Of a stretch of 64,000 nt of DNA, positions 38,846 to 49,949 are shown in pieces. Numbering within the stretch: position 1 is the first letter of the stretch; the number at the start of each line of letters is the position of its first letter. Source of the DNA: Bacteroidia bacterium (GTDB lineage Bacteria; Bacteroidota; Bacteroidia; M30B66); the NCBI GenBank assembly GCA_965279035.1, contig OZ257142.1:1632001-1696000 (forward strand), given 5' to 3'. Made by a program: the position numbers and the translations under genes. The notes below the pieces were generated by a model. It saw nothing but the letters and a program-made list of their open reading frames with translations. It ran no database searches and was not told the origin of the DNA.

Positions 38846-41050
38846 ATGTTACGTTTAAAACCAATTTATTTTTTCATTCAATTTATTCTACTGATTTTAT
38901 TTTCAATTCCCAGTAATGCTCAAATCAACATCGTTTCCTATGCAGGAAATTCAAGTCGAGAAACATTTTACGATGTTGCCCAATTGAGCGATGGAACATT
39001 TATTATAGGAGGATATTGTGAAAATTTAGATTGGATTTCGGCTTCCGTTCCGCGCACGCAACTGAGCTGGACTGGCTCTATTCCCAATGCTCAAGGAACA
39101 AATCGCTATGGATTCTTAATTCAACTTTCTCCCGATTTCCAAACCATGTTGAATGTTGTGCATTTCCCACAAGGTGCAGTTGAAGACATTCGATTTATCA
39201 AAACCAATGCGCTTCCCTATGCAACAACGGGCGATCTTTATATAAGCTGCAATACGTCCGACAGCGATAATAACAACGGTGGATACATCATTGCTAAACT
39301 CAACAATAATTTCGTCAACGGAATTCCTACTGCATTGAGTTGGATCAATGTTGTTTGGGCGAAATCAGGGCCGAAAGAGTATCATCCTTGGGATGTGACG
39401 AACGATGGAAAGGTGTTTTACATTTCTGGTGAAGCTTATGGTTACGATTGGAGCGCGGTGTATTGTCTCGATCAAACTGGACGTCGAACAGTTGTAAATA
39501 ATTGGCGAACGCATTGGCTCAAAGATGGAACAGAATGGCACGGCTTTCCAGCATCAGCAAACCCAACAGGAGATCTCGATTGGGTTAACTTTAGTGGTAT
39601 AGTTTTGAAAAGTTGGGGCCGTTGCGATTTACGATCGTGGACATTGAACGATTACAACAGCATTTTACCCGATGGAAATGGCGGAACTAAAAAAGGAAAA
39701 TGGCCGGTTGATGTATTGTTTAACGGTCCATGCGATCCTCAAAATCCAAGCACAAATGGACCCGGTTATTCGGGTTATTCGCAAGAATCCTGTTGTCCGG
39801 TTTATGGTGGAAGCAACATTGTAATTGATAAACGGAATAACAATCTGTATATCGGGATGAATATGAAGAGCTATTACAATCCCAGCAACACACCCGATTT
39901 TGAACCAGCTATCATCGCTATGGACAGTGAAGGAACGCTTCGTTGGTGGAGTCGTTTATACCATGAAATAACTCCTGCTGGCGATACGGTTGCTTCCATT
40001 CCGGATCAATATATCGATGCCTTGGCGATTGATTACAATCATAATCAATTAGTAGTAAATGCTCGCACACATGGAAATAACACGGAGAATTTTTGGGAAG
40101 GAAATACACTCGCTGCCAATCCACAAGCTCTTGGTTTTCAAAATCAATTTACCGGAACCTCGGGCAATATTCATGTTTCATGGTTAGGGAAATTGCAACT
40201 CTTAGATGGAACAATTTTACATTCCACCTATGTGGCTGAACTCAGCGATGCAACGGGTTCTCTTGGCACACTACATTCCGATCCAAACTTGGATGGATGG
40301 CCCGATCCCAATACAGGATGGCCTAATGTGAATACAACGCGTTTAGCTAAAAATAATCTCAAAGTAAGTAGCAACGGCGATGTATGTATTTTGGGTCTTG
40401 GTCGAAGAACCATTACAACAGCCAATGCATACCAAAAAATGGTAAAACCTCAGTTTGGTGGACATAGTGCATGGAATAGTTTTGTTCGTGTGTATGATTC
40501 CAATTTAAGTGTCCCAAAATATTCTTCTTTAGTTGTTGGTGTTTGGGATACGGTAAGTCAAGTAGGAGGTAGCAATACCGAAATCTTCGGACTATATAAA
40601 ACAGCAAATGGTATTGTTGCAGTAGGTCGACAAACCGCCGATACGAGTAATGTTGCTCAAGGAAACAATCTTCCAATTTCTCAAGTTCCATCCTGGGGAA
40701 ATACCACAGCACAGGGTGAAAGCGCTATATTGGTTTATTACACTGCAAGTAATTTATACAATCCGAATGATTCAATTCAAGGCGGAATAATTACGAATAT
40801 AGCACCTGCCAAGTCAAACGATATTACACTATTTCCCAATCCAGCAAGCGATCGAGTTTGGTTGAATTTCAAAGGTTCACTTTCAAATCAAAACTGGACA
40901 TATCAATTAATCGATATGAGTGGGCGTTGCATTCAAAAAGGAAATCTACTTGGGAACTACATTCCATTAAATTCAATTAGCAGCGGTATTTATCAGATTC
41001 AATTGAATAATGAAAAATCAACTTATTCTAATAAACTGATCGTATTATAA
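38846..41050 (+). CDS. T9SS type A CTD protein, catalytic or binding domain unrecognised
   Basis: Signal peptide; beta/Trp/Gly-rich body; CTD LFPNPA...ISSGIYQIQL...KLIVL. Confidence 0.8.
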   Translation: MLRLKPIYFFIQFILLILFSIPSNAQINIVSYAGNSSRETFYDVAQLSDGTFIIGGYCENLDWISASVPRTQLSWTGSIPNAQGTNRYGFLIQLSPDFQTMLNVVHFPQGAVEDIRFIKTNALPYATTGDLYISCNTSDSDNNNGGYIIAKLNNNFVNGIPTALSWINVVWAKSGPKEYHPWDVTNDGKVFYISGEAYGYDWSAVYCLDQTGRRTVVNNWRTHWLKDGTEWHGFPASANPTGDLDWVNFSGIVLKSWGRCDLRSWTLNDYNSILPDGNGGTKKGKWPVDVLFNGPCDPQNPSTNGPGYSGYSQESCCPVYGGSNIVIDKRNNNLYIGMNMKSYYNPSNTPDFEPAIIAMDSEGTLRWWSRLYHEITPAGDTVASIPDQYIDALAIDYNHNQLVVNARTHGNNTENFWEGNTLAANPQALGFQNQFTGTSGNIHVSWLGKLQLLDGTILHSTYVAELSDATGSLGTLHSDPNLDGWPDPNTGWPNVNTTRLAKNNLKVSSNGDVCILGLGRRTITTANAYQKMVKPQFGGHSAWNSFVRVYDSNLSVPKYSSLVVGVWDTVSQVGGSNTEIFGLYKTANGIVAVGRQTADTSNVAQGNNLPISQVPSWGNTTAQGESAILVYYTASNLYNPNDSIQGGIITNIAPAKSNDITLFPNPASDRVWLNFKGSLSNQNWTYQLIDMSGRCIQKGNLLGNYIPLNSISSGIYQIQLNNEKSTYSNKLIVL

Positions 41051-41054
41051 CCCG

Positions 41055-41288
41055 CAGCCTCAGACTACAGTCCGAGGTTACAAATGGTTAACGTATCTGG
41101 CATTTTTGAATTGTACCCTCGGACTTAAGTCCGAGGGTATTTGAGATTGGCAATATGCTAAATTGTTGGTTTAATTAATCTCACATTTGGATTAGTATCC
41201 TAGCTGCCTCAGACTTCGGTCCGAGGGTGAAAATGTTTAACAGATCTGGCTTTTTGAATTGTAGCCTCGGACTTAAGTCCGAGGGTGC
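41055..41288. repeat. Four CCTC(A/G)GACT-NN-(A/G)GTCCGAGG REP palindromes arranged as two doublets
   Basis: Copies at 41058, 41117, 41207 and 41265; 41114-41139 is a perfect 26-bp palindrome; the spacers of the two doublets are homologous. Confidence 0.9.
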
Positions 41289-41344
41289 TGATATTAGCGA
41301 TTGGCATTTGTAGTATCGAACTGCGAAGCGGTCGTAATTAAAAA

Positions 41345-41983
41345 CTATTTCCCCTTTATTTTTTTGTAGGTATGCCGAGTGAGCATAATCAATACAGCGC
41401 CCGAAAATGCTAGGAACATATCCTTTTGAGCATCCCAATTATCGCCTTGTGAACCTAAAAAAGCAATGCCTTCTTCTGGATATAAAATATCTGCAACAGC
41501 CCATTCAATTAATTCATACAATGCCGAAAACGACATGGTAATTTCAATTGGTAATACATTACACACCCATCTTGGCCATTTAAACCAATTGCGGAAATAA
41601 TCACGCATCGGATAGGCGAGTAAAAAACCAAAACTAAAATGGACAATTCGATCGTAATGATTGCGCTCCAAATTTAATTGATCTTTTAACCAAAACCCAA
41701 ACGGATTTTCAGCATACGTATAAATGGCACCATACACATGTCCGAGAATGTAGACAAACATGAGCGTGTAGCTTAAATCCGAAAACTTAAACTTTTTATG
41801 TGTTGTAGTGAGTAATATAATAAAACCAGCAGTTAAGGTATTTTCTGTAAACCAGTTTGTTCGGTTAGGAGTAATGATAAACGTGAAAATCCAATAGACA
41901 AAAAAAGCAATAAGATAAAATTGAAGTATTCGGTTTTTATTGAATGGAATTCGTTCTTTACTACTAGCTGTTGTAAATGTCAT
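41345..41983 (-). CDS. DUF2238/YjdF-like inner membrane protein
   Basis: YTYAENPFG, RNHYDRIVHFSFG, YELIEW, FLGSQGDNWDAQKDM. Confidence 0.88.
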   Translation of the reverse strand: MTFTTASSKERIPFNKNRILQFYLIAFFVYWIFTFIITPNRTNWFTENTLTAGFIILLTTTHKKFKFSDLSYTLMFVYILGHVYGAIYTYAENPFGFWLKDQLNLERNHYDRIVHFSFGFLLAYPMRDYFRNWFKWPRWVCNVLPIEITMSFSALYELIEWAVADILYPEEGIAFLGSQGDNWDAQKDMFLAFSGAVLIMLTRHTYKKIKGK

Positions 41984-42091
41984 GGTTGGGTTTTTTGGCT
42001 AAATAAAGAAAAATCTAAAACAAACATTTAATTATGTGTGGATTGATTCAAAATACTGTGATAAATTCGCCCTGAATAGATACACAATTCG

Positions 42092-43438
42092 GTGAGAAAA
42101 ATCTTGGTAATTGATGATGAAGAAAAGCTAAGATCCTTGCTTTCGCGGATAATTAACCTCGAAGGTTTTGAAGTAATTCAAGCTGGAGATGTTAAAACAG
42201 CATTTCTTAAATTAGAACAGAACGACATTGATATCGTGCTTTGTGATGTTAAATTACCAGATGGAAATGGTGTTGAGATATCAAAAAAAATAAAGGACAA
42301 CTATCCCTTCATTGAACTTATTTTACTCACAGCTTACGGCAATATTCCTGATGGTGTACAAGCAATAAAAAATGGTGCTTTCGACTACATTACCAAAGGC
42401 GACGATAACAATAAAATAATCCCCTTAATTCATCGAGCGCTCGAAAAAGTTGATTTATCAAAACGGGTAAATCAATTAGAAAAGCAATTAAAAACAAAGC
42501 ATTCGTTTGATGTAATTATTGGAAAATCAAAACTGATTGAAAAAGCAATTGACTTAGCAAAAAAAGTTGCCAATACCGATACAACCGTTTTACTTACAGG
42601 GGAAACTGGAACTGGTAAAGAAGTTTTTGCACAAGCCATTCATCAGGAAAGCAAAAGAAGTAAGCAAAATTTTGTTGCTATAAATTGTTCTGCTTTTAGT
42701 AAAGATTTATTGGAAAGTGAAATGTTTGGTCATAAAGCAGGGGCATTTACTAGTGCTTTGAAAGATCAAAAAGGATTATTTGAAGAAGCCAATCATGGTA
42801 CGCTGTTCTTAGATGAAATTGGTGAAATGGCGCTCGAAATTCAAGCAAAGCTATTGCGTGTTATAGAAACGGGAGAGTTTATTAAAGTGGGTGATAATAA
42901 ACCCACAAAAGTCGATATCCGTTTTATAGCTGCAACCAACCGCGATTTAATCAAAGAAATTGAACAAGGTACTTTCAGGCAAGATTTGTTTTATCGTATC
43001 TCGGTTTTTCAAATTCAATTGCCTGCTTTACGCGATCGTATCATGGACATTGAACCATTAGCCACACATTTTCTATCTATTTATGCATCCAAAACAAATA
43101 AACTAATTAAAAGTATTTCTCCTCTTTTTATTGAAGCACTTAAGCAACATACTTGGAATGGCAATATTCGTGAATTGAAAAATATCATGGAACGAAGTGT
43201 TATTTTGTCAGGGGAATCTGAATTAACAGTCGATACATTACCAATTGAAATTCAATGCCCTCCAGCTCAAATGGAAAAAGGCAAACAATTATCTGCTTTC
43301 GATTTAGCAAGCGCCGAAAAAATTCATATTCAAAAAGTGTTGAATTATACCAATGGCAACAAAACAAAAACAGCCGAATTACTCCATATTGCTTTAACAA
43401 CTTTGTATCGAAAATTAGAAGAATACAAACTGAATTAA
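42092..43438 (+). CDS. Sigma54-dependent (NtrC/ZraR-type) response regulator
   Basis: REC (IDDE, CDVKLPDG); AAA+ GETGTGKE, ESEMFGH, GAFTSA, FLDEIGE; Fis HTH TTLYRKL. Confidence 0.95.
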   Translation: MRKILVIDDEEKLRSLLSRIINLEGFEVIQAGDVKTAFLKLEQNDIDIVLCDVKLPDGNGVEISKKIKDNYPFIELILLTAYGNIPDGVQAIKNGAFDYITKGDDNNKIIPLIHRALEKVDLSKRVNQLEKQLKTKHSFDVIIGKSKLIEKAIDLAKKVANTDTTVLLTGETGTGKEVFAQAIHQESKRSKQNFVAINCSAFSKDLLESEMFGHKAGAFTSALKDQKGLFEEANHGTLFLDEIGEMALEIQAKLLRVIETGEFIKVGDNKPTKVDIRFIAATNRDLIKEIEQGTFRQDLFYRISVFQIQLPALRDRIMDIEPLATHFLSIYASKTNKLIKSISPLFIEALKQHTWNGNIRELKNIMERSVILSGESELTVDTLPIEIQCPPAQMEKGKQLSAFDLASAEKIHIQKVLNYTNGNKTKTAELLHIALTTLYRKLEEYKLN

Positions 43439-43439
43439 A

Positions 43440-43571
43440 ACCCTAGCATATTGGTAGGGTAAAGCCTATCAAAACGAAAGGGTTTGTTTATTCTATTTTA
43501 AATAATAAATTCATAAATATATGATAATCAAAATTCTATATCTATTAATTCGAATTTGGATTGCCAATTGA
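43440..43571 (+). promoter_or_regulatory. Putative enhancer palindromes and sigma54-like promoter of the kdp operon
   Basis: ACCCTA-N9-TAGGGT (43440-43460) and CCTATC-N5-GAAAGG; TTGG-N10-GA at 43556-43571 (imperfect -24/-12). Confidence 0.5.
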
Positions 43572-43601
43572 AAAGCGCGGCACATTCAAATCTTATTTAA
43601 T

Positions 43602-43880
43602 ATGAAAGCTCATAAGAACATTTACAAACAAGCACAACGATTTGCTGAGATCACGAAACAATTAATCATTTCTGGTCATATTCTAAAAGCCAAACAGAAC
43701 ATCAAAAAGGCGGAAGATATTTTTATGAATGGTTCTTCCGAAATCAGAAATGCGATTTCAAATGTCTATGTATATTCTGTAACGAGTTTTATGGAATTAC
43801 ATCATTGCAACATAAAAGATTTCTTGCCAAGTACTCTGCAAAAGGAATATTACAAGCAAGTGTATTCTTTGGGTGTTTAA
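43602..43880 (+). CDS. Small helical hypothetical protein leading the kdp operon
   Basis: 92 aa, IYKQAQRFAEITK...NAISNVYVYS; first gene after the putative promoter. Confidence 0.75.
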   Translation: MKAHKNIYKQAQRFAEITKQLIISGHILKAKQNIKKAEDIFMNGSSEIRNAISNVYVYSVTSFMELHHCNIKDFLPSTLQKEYYKQVYSLGV

Positions 43881-43951
43881 TTCAAAAAACTGAATTCTAC
43901 AGTACTTTTTATTGCATTTCATTTTTGCAATTCACCTCAAAAAATTACCTC

Positions 43952-44029
43952 ATGCTTACATTGTTTATCATCGTAATTGCTGTTTTTGGCTACATGTGCT
44001 ATGTTTTGCTGAAACCCGAAGAATTCTAG
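43952..44029 (+). CDS. kdpF: K+-transporting ATPase subunit F
   Basis: 25-aa hydrophobic peptide MLTLF...YMCYVLLKPEEF upstream of kdpA. Confidence 0.85.
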   Translation: MLTLFIIVIAVFGYMCYVLLKPEEF

Positions 44030-44143
44030 TGTTCTTTTCAACATACGCTTGATTGCGTGAACTATTTTCCAAGAGAATATAACATTCTATTCAGGTTGAA
44101 TGAATCATGAATGCTCCTATTTTAAATTAAAAACGCTCACCAA

Positions 44144-45847
44144 ATGAATTCGGAAATTATTGGAGTAATCCTTATGTTTTTATTGCTTGTTATATTGGCT
44201 ATTCCATTTGGAAAGTATATCGGCAAAGTGATTAATTATGAACACACATGGCTCGATAAAATCATCAATCCAATTGATCAGCTATTTTTTAAAATTAGTG
44301 GTATAGATGCTACCAAAGAAATGAATTGGAAGCAACATTTGCTTGCCTTGCTCAGTTTGAATTTGGTGTGGTTTATTCTATCCGTGTTCGTTCTGATGAA
44401 TATGAGTTGGCTGCCACTTAATCCAGATGGAAATCCCTCAATGAGTGGCGATTTAGCCTTTAACACCTCCGTTAGTTTTGTTACCAACACAAATCTTCAA
44501 CATTATTCTGGAGAAAATGGAATTTCCTATTTAGGTCAACTCTTCTTAATGCTTTGGCAATTTATAAGCGCTGGAACTGGAATCGCCATATGTGCAGTCG
44601 TTTTCATTGCAATGAAAGAACGGACAACTAAAACATTAGGTAATTTTTATTCACTTTTTATTAGAAGTTGCACGCGCATTTTATTTCCATTAGCTGTTGT
44701 TGTTGCAATCATTTTAGCGTTCAATGGAACTCCCATGACTTTCGAAGGAAAAGATTCGATGGTTTCGTTGCAAGGAGATACCGTTCAAGTAAGTCGTGGA
44801 CCTGTTGCTTCCTTTGTTGCTATCAAACATTTAGGAACAAACGGAGGAGGTTTTTTTGGTGCGAATTCGGCTCATCCTTTCGAAAACCCAAACTATATAA
44901 CCAACATCACCGAAATCATAACTCAAATGCTTATCCCACTCGCTATGGTGTTTGCTTTGGGCTATGTGCTTAAGCGGAAACGGTTTGCCTTTATGGTTTT
45001 TGGTGTTATGACCTTGGGATTTATATTATTAACTGTTCCTACTATTATTTCTGAAATAAATGGGAATCCTGCCATTGAGAATTTAGGAATTGCGCAACAA
45101 AATGGTAATATGGAAGGCAAAGAAATGCGATTCGGCTCTGCAGCCTCTGCTTATTGGAGTATTGCAACTACCGTTATTTCTACCGGAAGCGTCAATAGCA
45201 TGCATGATAGTTATACTCCGCTTGCTGGAATGTACCAACTCATCGCTATGATGGTAAATTGTTTTTACGGAGGTGTTGGTGTAGGATTTTTGAATTTCTA
45301 TATTTTTATCATTCTCGCTGTTTTTATTAGTGGTTTAATGGTTGGTCGAACTCCCGAATTTCTAGGGAAAAAAATCGAAGCCAAAGAGATGAAAATAGCC
45401 ATGATGATTGCTCTTCTACATCCTTTGCTTATCCTTTCTGGAACTGCACTCTCCAGCTTTATTTATGCAAATAATTCTGCAGCATATGCTGGTTGGTTAG
45501 CAAATCCAGGCTATCATGGATTTAGCGAAATGCTCTATGAATTTACATCTTCAAGTGCTAACAATGGTAGTGGTTTCGAAGGACTTGGTGATAATACGGC
45601 ATTTTGGAATATTGCCTGTGGAATAGTAATGTTACTGGCTCGCTTTTTACCAATCATTGGTCCTGTTGCTATTGCTGGGATTTTGGCAAGTAAAAAATAC
45701 ATTCCCGAAAGCAACGGAACGCTCAAAACTGATACATCAACATTTGGATTTATGGTATTTGCTATCATCGCACTTGTTGCAGCATTAGCCTTCTTTCCTG
45801 CGCTAACTCTTGGTCCTATTGCTGAATATTTTAATATGATTAAATAA
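44144..45847 (+). CDS. kdpA: K+-transporting ATPase subunit A
   Basis: [45 protein letters not shown]. Confidence 0.97.
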   Translation: MNSEIIGVILMFLLLVILAIPFGKYIGKVINYEHTWLDKIINPIDQLFFKISGIDATKEMNWKQHLLALLSLNLVWFILSVFVLMNMSWLPLNPDGNPSMSGDLAFNTSVSFVTNTNLQHYSGENGISYLGQLFLMLWQFISAGTGIAICAVVFIAMKERTTKTLGNFYSLFIRSCTRILFPLAVVVAIILAFNGTPMTFEGKDSMVSLQGDTVQVSRGPVASFVAIKHLGTNGGGFFGANSAHPFENPNYITNITEIITQMLIPLAMVFALGYVLKRKRFAFMVFGVMTLGFILLTVPTIISEINGNPAIENLGIAQQNGNMEGKEMRFGSAASAYWSIATTVISTGSVNSMHDSYTPLAGMYQLIAMMVNCFYGGVGVGFLNFYIFIILAVFISGLMVGRTPEFLGKKIEAKEMKIAMMIALLHPLLILSGTALSSFIYANNSAAYAGWLANPGYHGFSEMLYEFTSSSANNGSGFEGLGDNTAFWNIACGIVMLLARFLPIIGPVAIAGILASKKYIPESNGTLKTDTSTFGFMVFAIIALVAALAFFPALTLGPIAEYFNMIK

Positions 45848-45855
45848 TTAGGAAA

Positions 45856-47892
45856 ATGGCAACAAATCCATCATTATTTCAAAAAGAATTAATGCTTGAA
45901 GCTTTCAAACATTCTTTTCTAAAACTCAATCCAGTATTGATGTTTCGCAATCCAGTGATGTTTACTGTCGAGATTGGAACATTGGTCATGCTTGGTGTTT
46001 GTCTTTGGATTATCTCTGGAGAAAATTCTCAAGGAAGTTTACTTTATAATTGTACAATTTTCTTCGTGTTATTTCTCACCTTATTATTTGCCAATTTTGC
46101 AGAAGCAATAGCCGAAGCACGTGGAAAAGCACAAGCAAATAGTCTACGTAAAACACGGAAAGAAACTCCTGCTAAAAAAGTTTTTCCTTTAGGTGATTTA
46201 ACAACGGATGAAATTCGAATTGTTTCCTCATCCAAACTAGTAAAAGAAGATATTTTCATTTGTGAAGCAGGTGATATCATTCCAACCGATGGTGAAATCA
46301 TTAAGGGATTAGCAACTATCGACGAATCAGCTATAACTGGAGAATCAGCTCCTGTTATTCGTGAAGCTGGTGGTGACAAAAGCTCTGTAACAGGCGGCAC
46401 GAAAGTGCTTAGTGATAAAATTACTGTACGTGTTACTACCGAACCAGGAGAGAGTTTTTTAGATAAAATGATCGCTTTGGTTGAGGGTGCTAGTCGACAA
46501 AAACCCCCCAATGAAATTGCATTAACTATTTTATTGGCAGGATTTACACTGGTTTTTATCATTGTAACTGTTACTCTTAAACCATTTGCTGATTTTGCAA
46601 ATACACCTATCACTATAGCTGCATTTATTTCATTATTTGTTTGCTTAATTCCAACAACGATTGGGGGTTTATTATCTGCCATTGGTATCGCTGGAATGGA
46701 TCGTGCATTACGTGCGAATGTTATAACAAAAAGTGGTAAAGCGGTAGAAACTGCTGGTGACATCGATGTTTTATTATTAGATAAAACAGGGACCATTACC
46801 ATTGGAAATAGAAAAGCAACACATTTTTATCCATCGAACAGTATTGATCCAACCCATTTCACACAATGTGTTGTTTTAAGTTCTATGAGCGATGAAACTC
46901 CCGAAGGAAAATCCATCATTGAATTAGCTGGATTGAACCCTTTGAGTTTTCCTATTCAATCACCTCGATTTATAAAATTCACTGCCGAAACTCGAAGTAG
47001 TGGAATTGATTTCGAAAATACGCGTATCCGAAAAGGAGCAACCGATTCAATCAAATCAATGTGTCAGGAAGCTGGAAATGGCTTTCCTGTCGAGACTGCC
47101 GAACGTGTGAAAATAATTTCTCAAAACGGTGGAACGCCTTTGGTTGTTTCCGAAAATGAACAAGTAATTGGTGTTATTGAGTTGCAAGATATTATTAAGC
47201 CAGGCATTCAAGAACGTTTTGAGCGTCTTCGAAAAATGGGAATTAAAACGGTTATGGTTACTGGAGATAATCCATTAACTGCAAAATTCATTGCAGAAAA
47301 AGCAGGTGTGGACGATTTTATTGCAGAAGCAAAGCCGGAAGATAAAATGAACTACATCAAAAAAGAACAATCCGAAGGACGATTAGTTGCCATGATGGGA
47401 GATGGAACAAACGATGCTCCTGCTTTAGCTCAAGCTGATGTTGGTGTTGCGATGAATAGTGGAACTCAAGCAGCCAAAGAAGCTGGTAATATGGTTGATT
47501 TAGATAATGATCCAACCAAATTAATTGAGATTGTTGAAATTGGTAAACAATTATTAATGACGCGTGGAACATTAACTACTTTCAGTATTGCCAATGATGT
47601 TGCTAAATATTTTGCCATCATTCCTGCATTATTTATTGTCGCAATTCCTGCACTTCAAGGACTCAATATTATGCATTTACACAGTCCTGAAAGTGCCATT
47701 CTTTCAGCTGTTATTTTTAATGCATTGATTATTCCTATCCTTATTCCATTAGCTTTAAAAGGAGTTGCATATAAACCCATTGGGGCAAGTGCTTTACTAC
47801 GAAGAAATCTCTTTATATATGGCTTAGGAGGAGTGTTAATCCCCTTTATTGGAATAAAAGTTATTGATCTACTTGTTTCAGTTTTTATTTAA
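45856..47892 (+). CDS. kdpB: K+-transporting ATPase subunit B
   Basis: [35 protein letters not shown]. Confidence 0.97.
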   Translation: MATNPSLFQKELMLEAFKHSFLKLNPVLMFRNPVMFTVEIGTLVMLGVCLWIISGENSQGSLLYNCTIFFVLFLTLLFANFAEAIAEARGKAQANSLRKTRKETPAKKVFPLGDLTTDEIRIVSSSKLVKEDIFICEAGDIIPTDGEIIKGLATIDESAITGESAPVIREAGGDKSSVTGGTKVLSDKITVRVTTEPGESFLDKMIALVEGASRQKPPNEIALTILLAGFTLVFIIVTVTLKPFADFANTPITIAAFISLFVCLIPTTIGGLLSAIGIAGMDRALRANVITKSGKAVETAGDIDVLLLDKTGTITIGNRKATHFYPSNSIDPTHFTQCVVLSSMSDETPEGKSIIELAGLNPLSFPIQSPRFIKFTAETRSSGIDFENTRIRKGATDSIKSMCQEAGNGFPVETAERVKIISQNGGTPLVVSENEQVIGVIELQDIIKPGIQERFERLRKMGIKTVMVTGDNPLTAKFIAEKAGVDDFIAEAKPEDKMNYIKKEQSEGRLVAMMGDGTNDAPALAQADVGVAMNSGTQAAKEAGNMVDLDNDPTKLIEIVEIGKQLLMTRGTLTTFSIANDVAKYFAIIPALFIVAIPALQGLNIMHLHSPESAILSAVIFNALIIPILIPLALKGVAYKPIGASALLRRNLFIYGLGGVLIPFIGIKVIDLLVSVFI

Positions 47893-47902
47893 TTTTCTTA
47901 CG

Positions 47903-48478
47903 ATGAAATCAACTTTTTTAATTGCTATAAAATTAACGTTTGTTTGTCTGATTTTCTTTGTTGGATTGTATTCACTGGTTTTATTAGGAATAGCTCAATT
48001 AGCCCCCAATCAAGGCAAAGGAGAAATTCTAATCGATAACGGAAAGACATATTATGCCAATATAGGTCAACTTTTTAATCAAGATAAATACTTCTGTTCA
48101 CGCCCTTCGGCAGTTACATATAATGCAGCAGGTAGTGCTGGAAGTAATAAAGGACCAAGTAACCCGGAATATTTAGCTGAAGTAAAAAGCAGAATTGATA
48201 CATTTCTTGTTCATAATCCTGGAATTAAGATATCCGAAATTCCTTCCGATATTGTTACAGCAAGTGGTAGCGGACTCGATCCCCATATTTCAGTTCAAGC
48301 TGCAAAAATTCAAGTAAAACGGATTGCTATCATTCGGAATTTACGAGAAAATGATGTATATCAACTCATTGATAAAAACATCGAAAAGCCCCTCCTTGGT
48401 TTTCTAGGAACCGAAAAAGTTCATGTACTAAAACTGAATCTTGCCTTGGATCAACTTAACAACATTTCAAAACAATAA
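47903..48478 (+). CDS. kdpC: K+-transporting ATPase subunit C
   Basis: IGQ, SRPSA, VTASGSGLDPHIS; start MKSTFL. Confidence 0.95.
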   Translation: MKSTFLIAIKLTFVCLIFFVGLYSLVLLGIAQLAPNQGKGEILIDNGKTYYANIGQLFNQDKYFCSRPSAVTYNAAGSAGSNKGPSNPEYLAEVKSRIDTFLVHNPGIKISEIPSDIVTASGSGLDPHISVQAAKIQVKRIAIIRNLRENDVYQLIDKNIEKPLLGFLGTEKVHVLKLNLALDQLNNISKQ

Positions 48479-48496
48479 TTTTCACACTAAAAAACT

Positions 48497-49873
48497 ATGA
48501 AAAATTTTACTCAAATCATTTTCAATACTGCTTTTATTTGTATTGGTCTTGTTAGCTTTAATTCGTTGCAAGCACAGCAAAAGGGTCAACCCTTCGAAGG
48601 CATTGATCAAACTTGGCAAAATGGAAGTGATCGACGAGATTCCTCCGTTTTTAATAAAATGAAATATTTTACTCCAAGTATTTTAATGGATGTGAATTAC
48701 ACCAATTCATTTAATAATCCAAACGATAATACAGTAGTTGGTTCAACTGCACTGGCTAGAAATAATGAGGTGCAATTATCTGCACTGCATTTTGGCGGTG
48801 AAGTAAATTACAATAATGCTCGAGCTAAATTCATGACTCAATTTGGAACACGTTCGATTGTTGTTCCTCGTAACGATATAAGTCCTTACAAAGGGCAATA
48901 TCAACTTGCAAATGTGTATCGCTATTTAGCCGAAGCTAATGCTGGTTATCATTTCAATGTATGGAATGGAATTAATATCGATGCTGGTATGTTTATGTCT
49001 TACATCGGATTAAATTCCTACTATCAACCCGAAAACTGGGAATATCAAGCTTCTTTTACATCTGATAATACTCCTTGGTTTTTTAATGGTCTTCGGATTC
49101 AAATTCATCCAAATAAAAACTGGAAAATTGAACCTTGGATTATCAATGGATGGCAGAGTTATGGTAAATTTAATAAAATGCCTGGTGTTGGAGGTAATAT
49201 CACCTATATGAGCTCCAATAGCAATTTAAAAGCACTCACAAATAACTATTATGGAACCGATGCAGGTGGTTTGCCAGGTCGTAAACGTTTCCATTCCGAC
49301 AACAGTGTTTTATTGCGTTACTTCAATAGACCCGAATCTTCTGGAATTAGTAAAATGGCATTTTCTCTTACTGGTGATTTTGGTTTCGAAAAAGGCGGTG
49401 GAGTTAATGGATTGAAAAACGGTGATTCTTTACAAGGGCCAGCACAGTATTTTGCAAGTGCCATGTTTTATAATCGAATCTGGTTTGCTAAGAATAAATG
49501 TGCATGGACTATTGGTGGTGGTGTGATGACCAATCCAGGTCGTTATCTAGTACTTTATCCAACAGGTCAAGCAAGTCCATTGCCGAATCCTAACAACCCA
49601 ACAACAACAGAAGGGGCTTTTCCATTCAGTGCCAATATAGGAGATCAATTTAAGGGCTGGGATATTTCTACTAATTTTGATTGGATGCCAAATCAAAGTA
49701 TCACATTTCGAATTGAGTTAGTTCATCGTGGATCAAGTGTGCCCTATTTTGCAGGTGCTGGTGGTGTAACATCTCAAACTGGATATACAACCACACCGTT
49801 AGATCCGAATTGGAGACCTGATCTCGTGAAATCCGAAACTCGAATTATTGGAGCTATTTTATTTCGCTTGTAA
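48497..49873 (+). CDS. Outer membrane beta-barrel (putative porin) of the kdp locus
   Basis: Signal peptide; IDAGMFMSYIG, TPWFFNG, WIINGW; terminal LFRL. Confidence 0.8.
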   Translation: MKNFTQIIFNTAFICIGLVSFNSLQAQQKGQPFEGIDQTWQNGSDRRDSSVFNKMKYFTPSILMDVNYTNSFNNPNDNTVVGSTALARNNEVQLSALHFGGEVNYNNARAKFMTQFGTRSIVVPRNDISPYKGQYQLANVYRYLAEANAGYHFNVWNGINIDAGMFMSYIGLNSYYQPENWEYQASFTSDNTPWFFNGLRIQIHPNKNWKIEPWIINGWQSYGKFNKMPGVGGNITYMSSNSNLKALTNNYYGTDAGGLPGRKRFHSDNSVLLRYFNRPESSGISKMAFSLTGDFGFEKGGGVNGLKNGDSLQGPAQYFASAMFYNRIWFAKNKCAWTIGGGVMTNPGRYLVLYPTGQASPLPNPNNPTTTEGAFPFSANIGDQFKGWDISTNFDWMPNQSITFRIELVHRGSSVPYFAGAGGVTSQTGYTTTPLDPNWRPDLVKSETRIIGAILFRL

Positions 49874-49892
49874 TTGGTTTTATTTTTAAATC

Positions 49893-49933
49893 GCAAATTC
49901 CATTATTCAAGAAGGATGGTGGAATTTGCTTTT
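49893..49933 (+). terminator. Intrinsic terminator between the porin and kdpD
   Basis: GCAAATTCCATTATT...GATGGTGGAATTTGC-TTTT. Confidence 0.65.
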
Positions 49934-49949
49934 AAGATTAGCATGTGCA

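Noticed and set aside
41055-41288. Possible CRISPR array (four palindromic ~20-bp repeats)
   Set aside because: The repeats are short and degenerate, spacing alternates, the spacers are homologous to each other, and there are no cas genes; it fits REP doublets
43805-43951. N-terminal extension of the 74-aa ORF
   Set aside because: Overlaps the upstream gene; only the last 25 codons match KdpF
46044-46802. 252-aa antisense ORF
   Set aside because: Lies wholly opposite kdpB; a typical antisense shadow, like those opposite sucD and the GT2 gene
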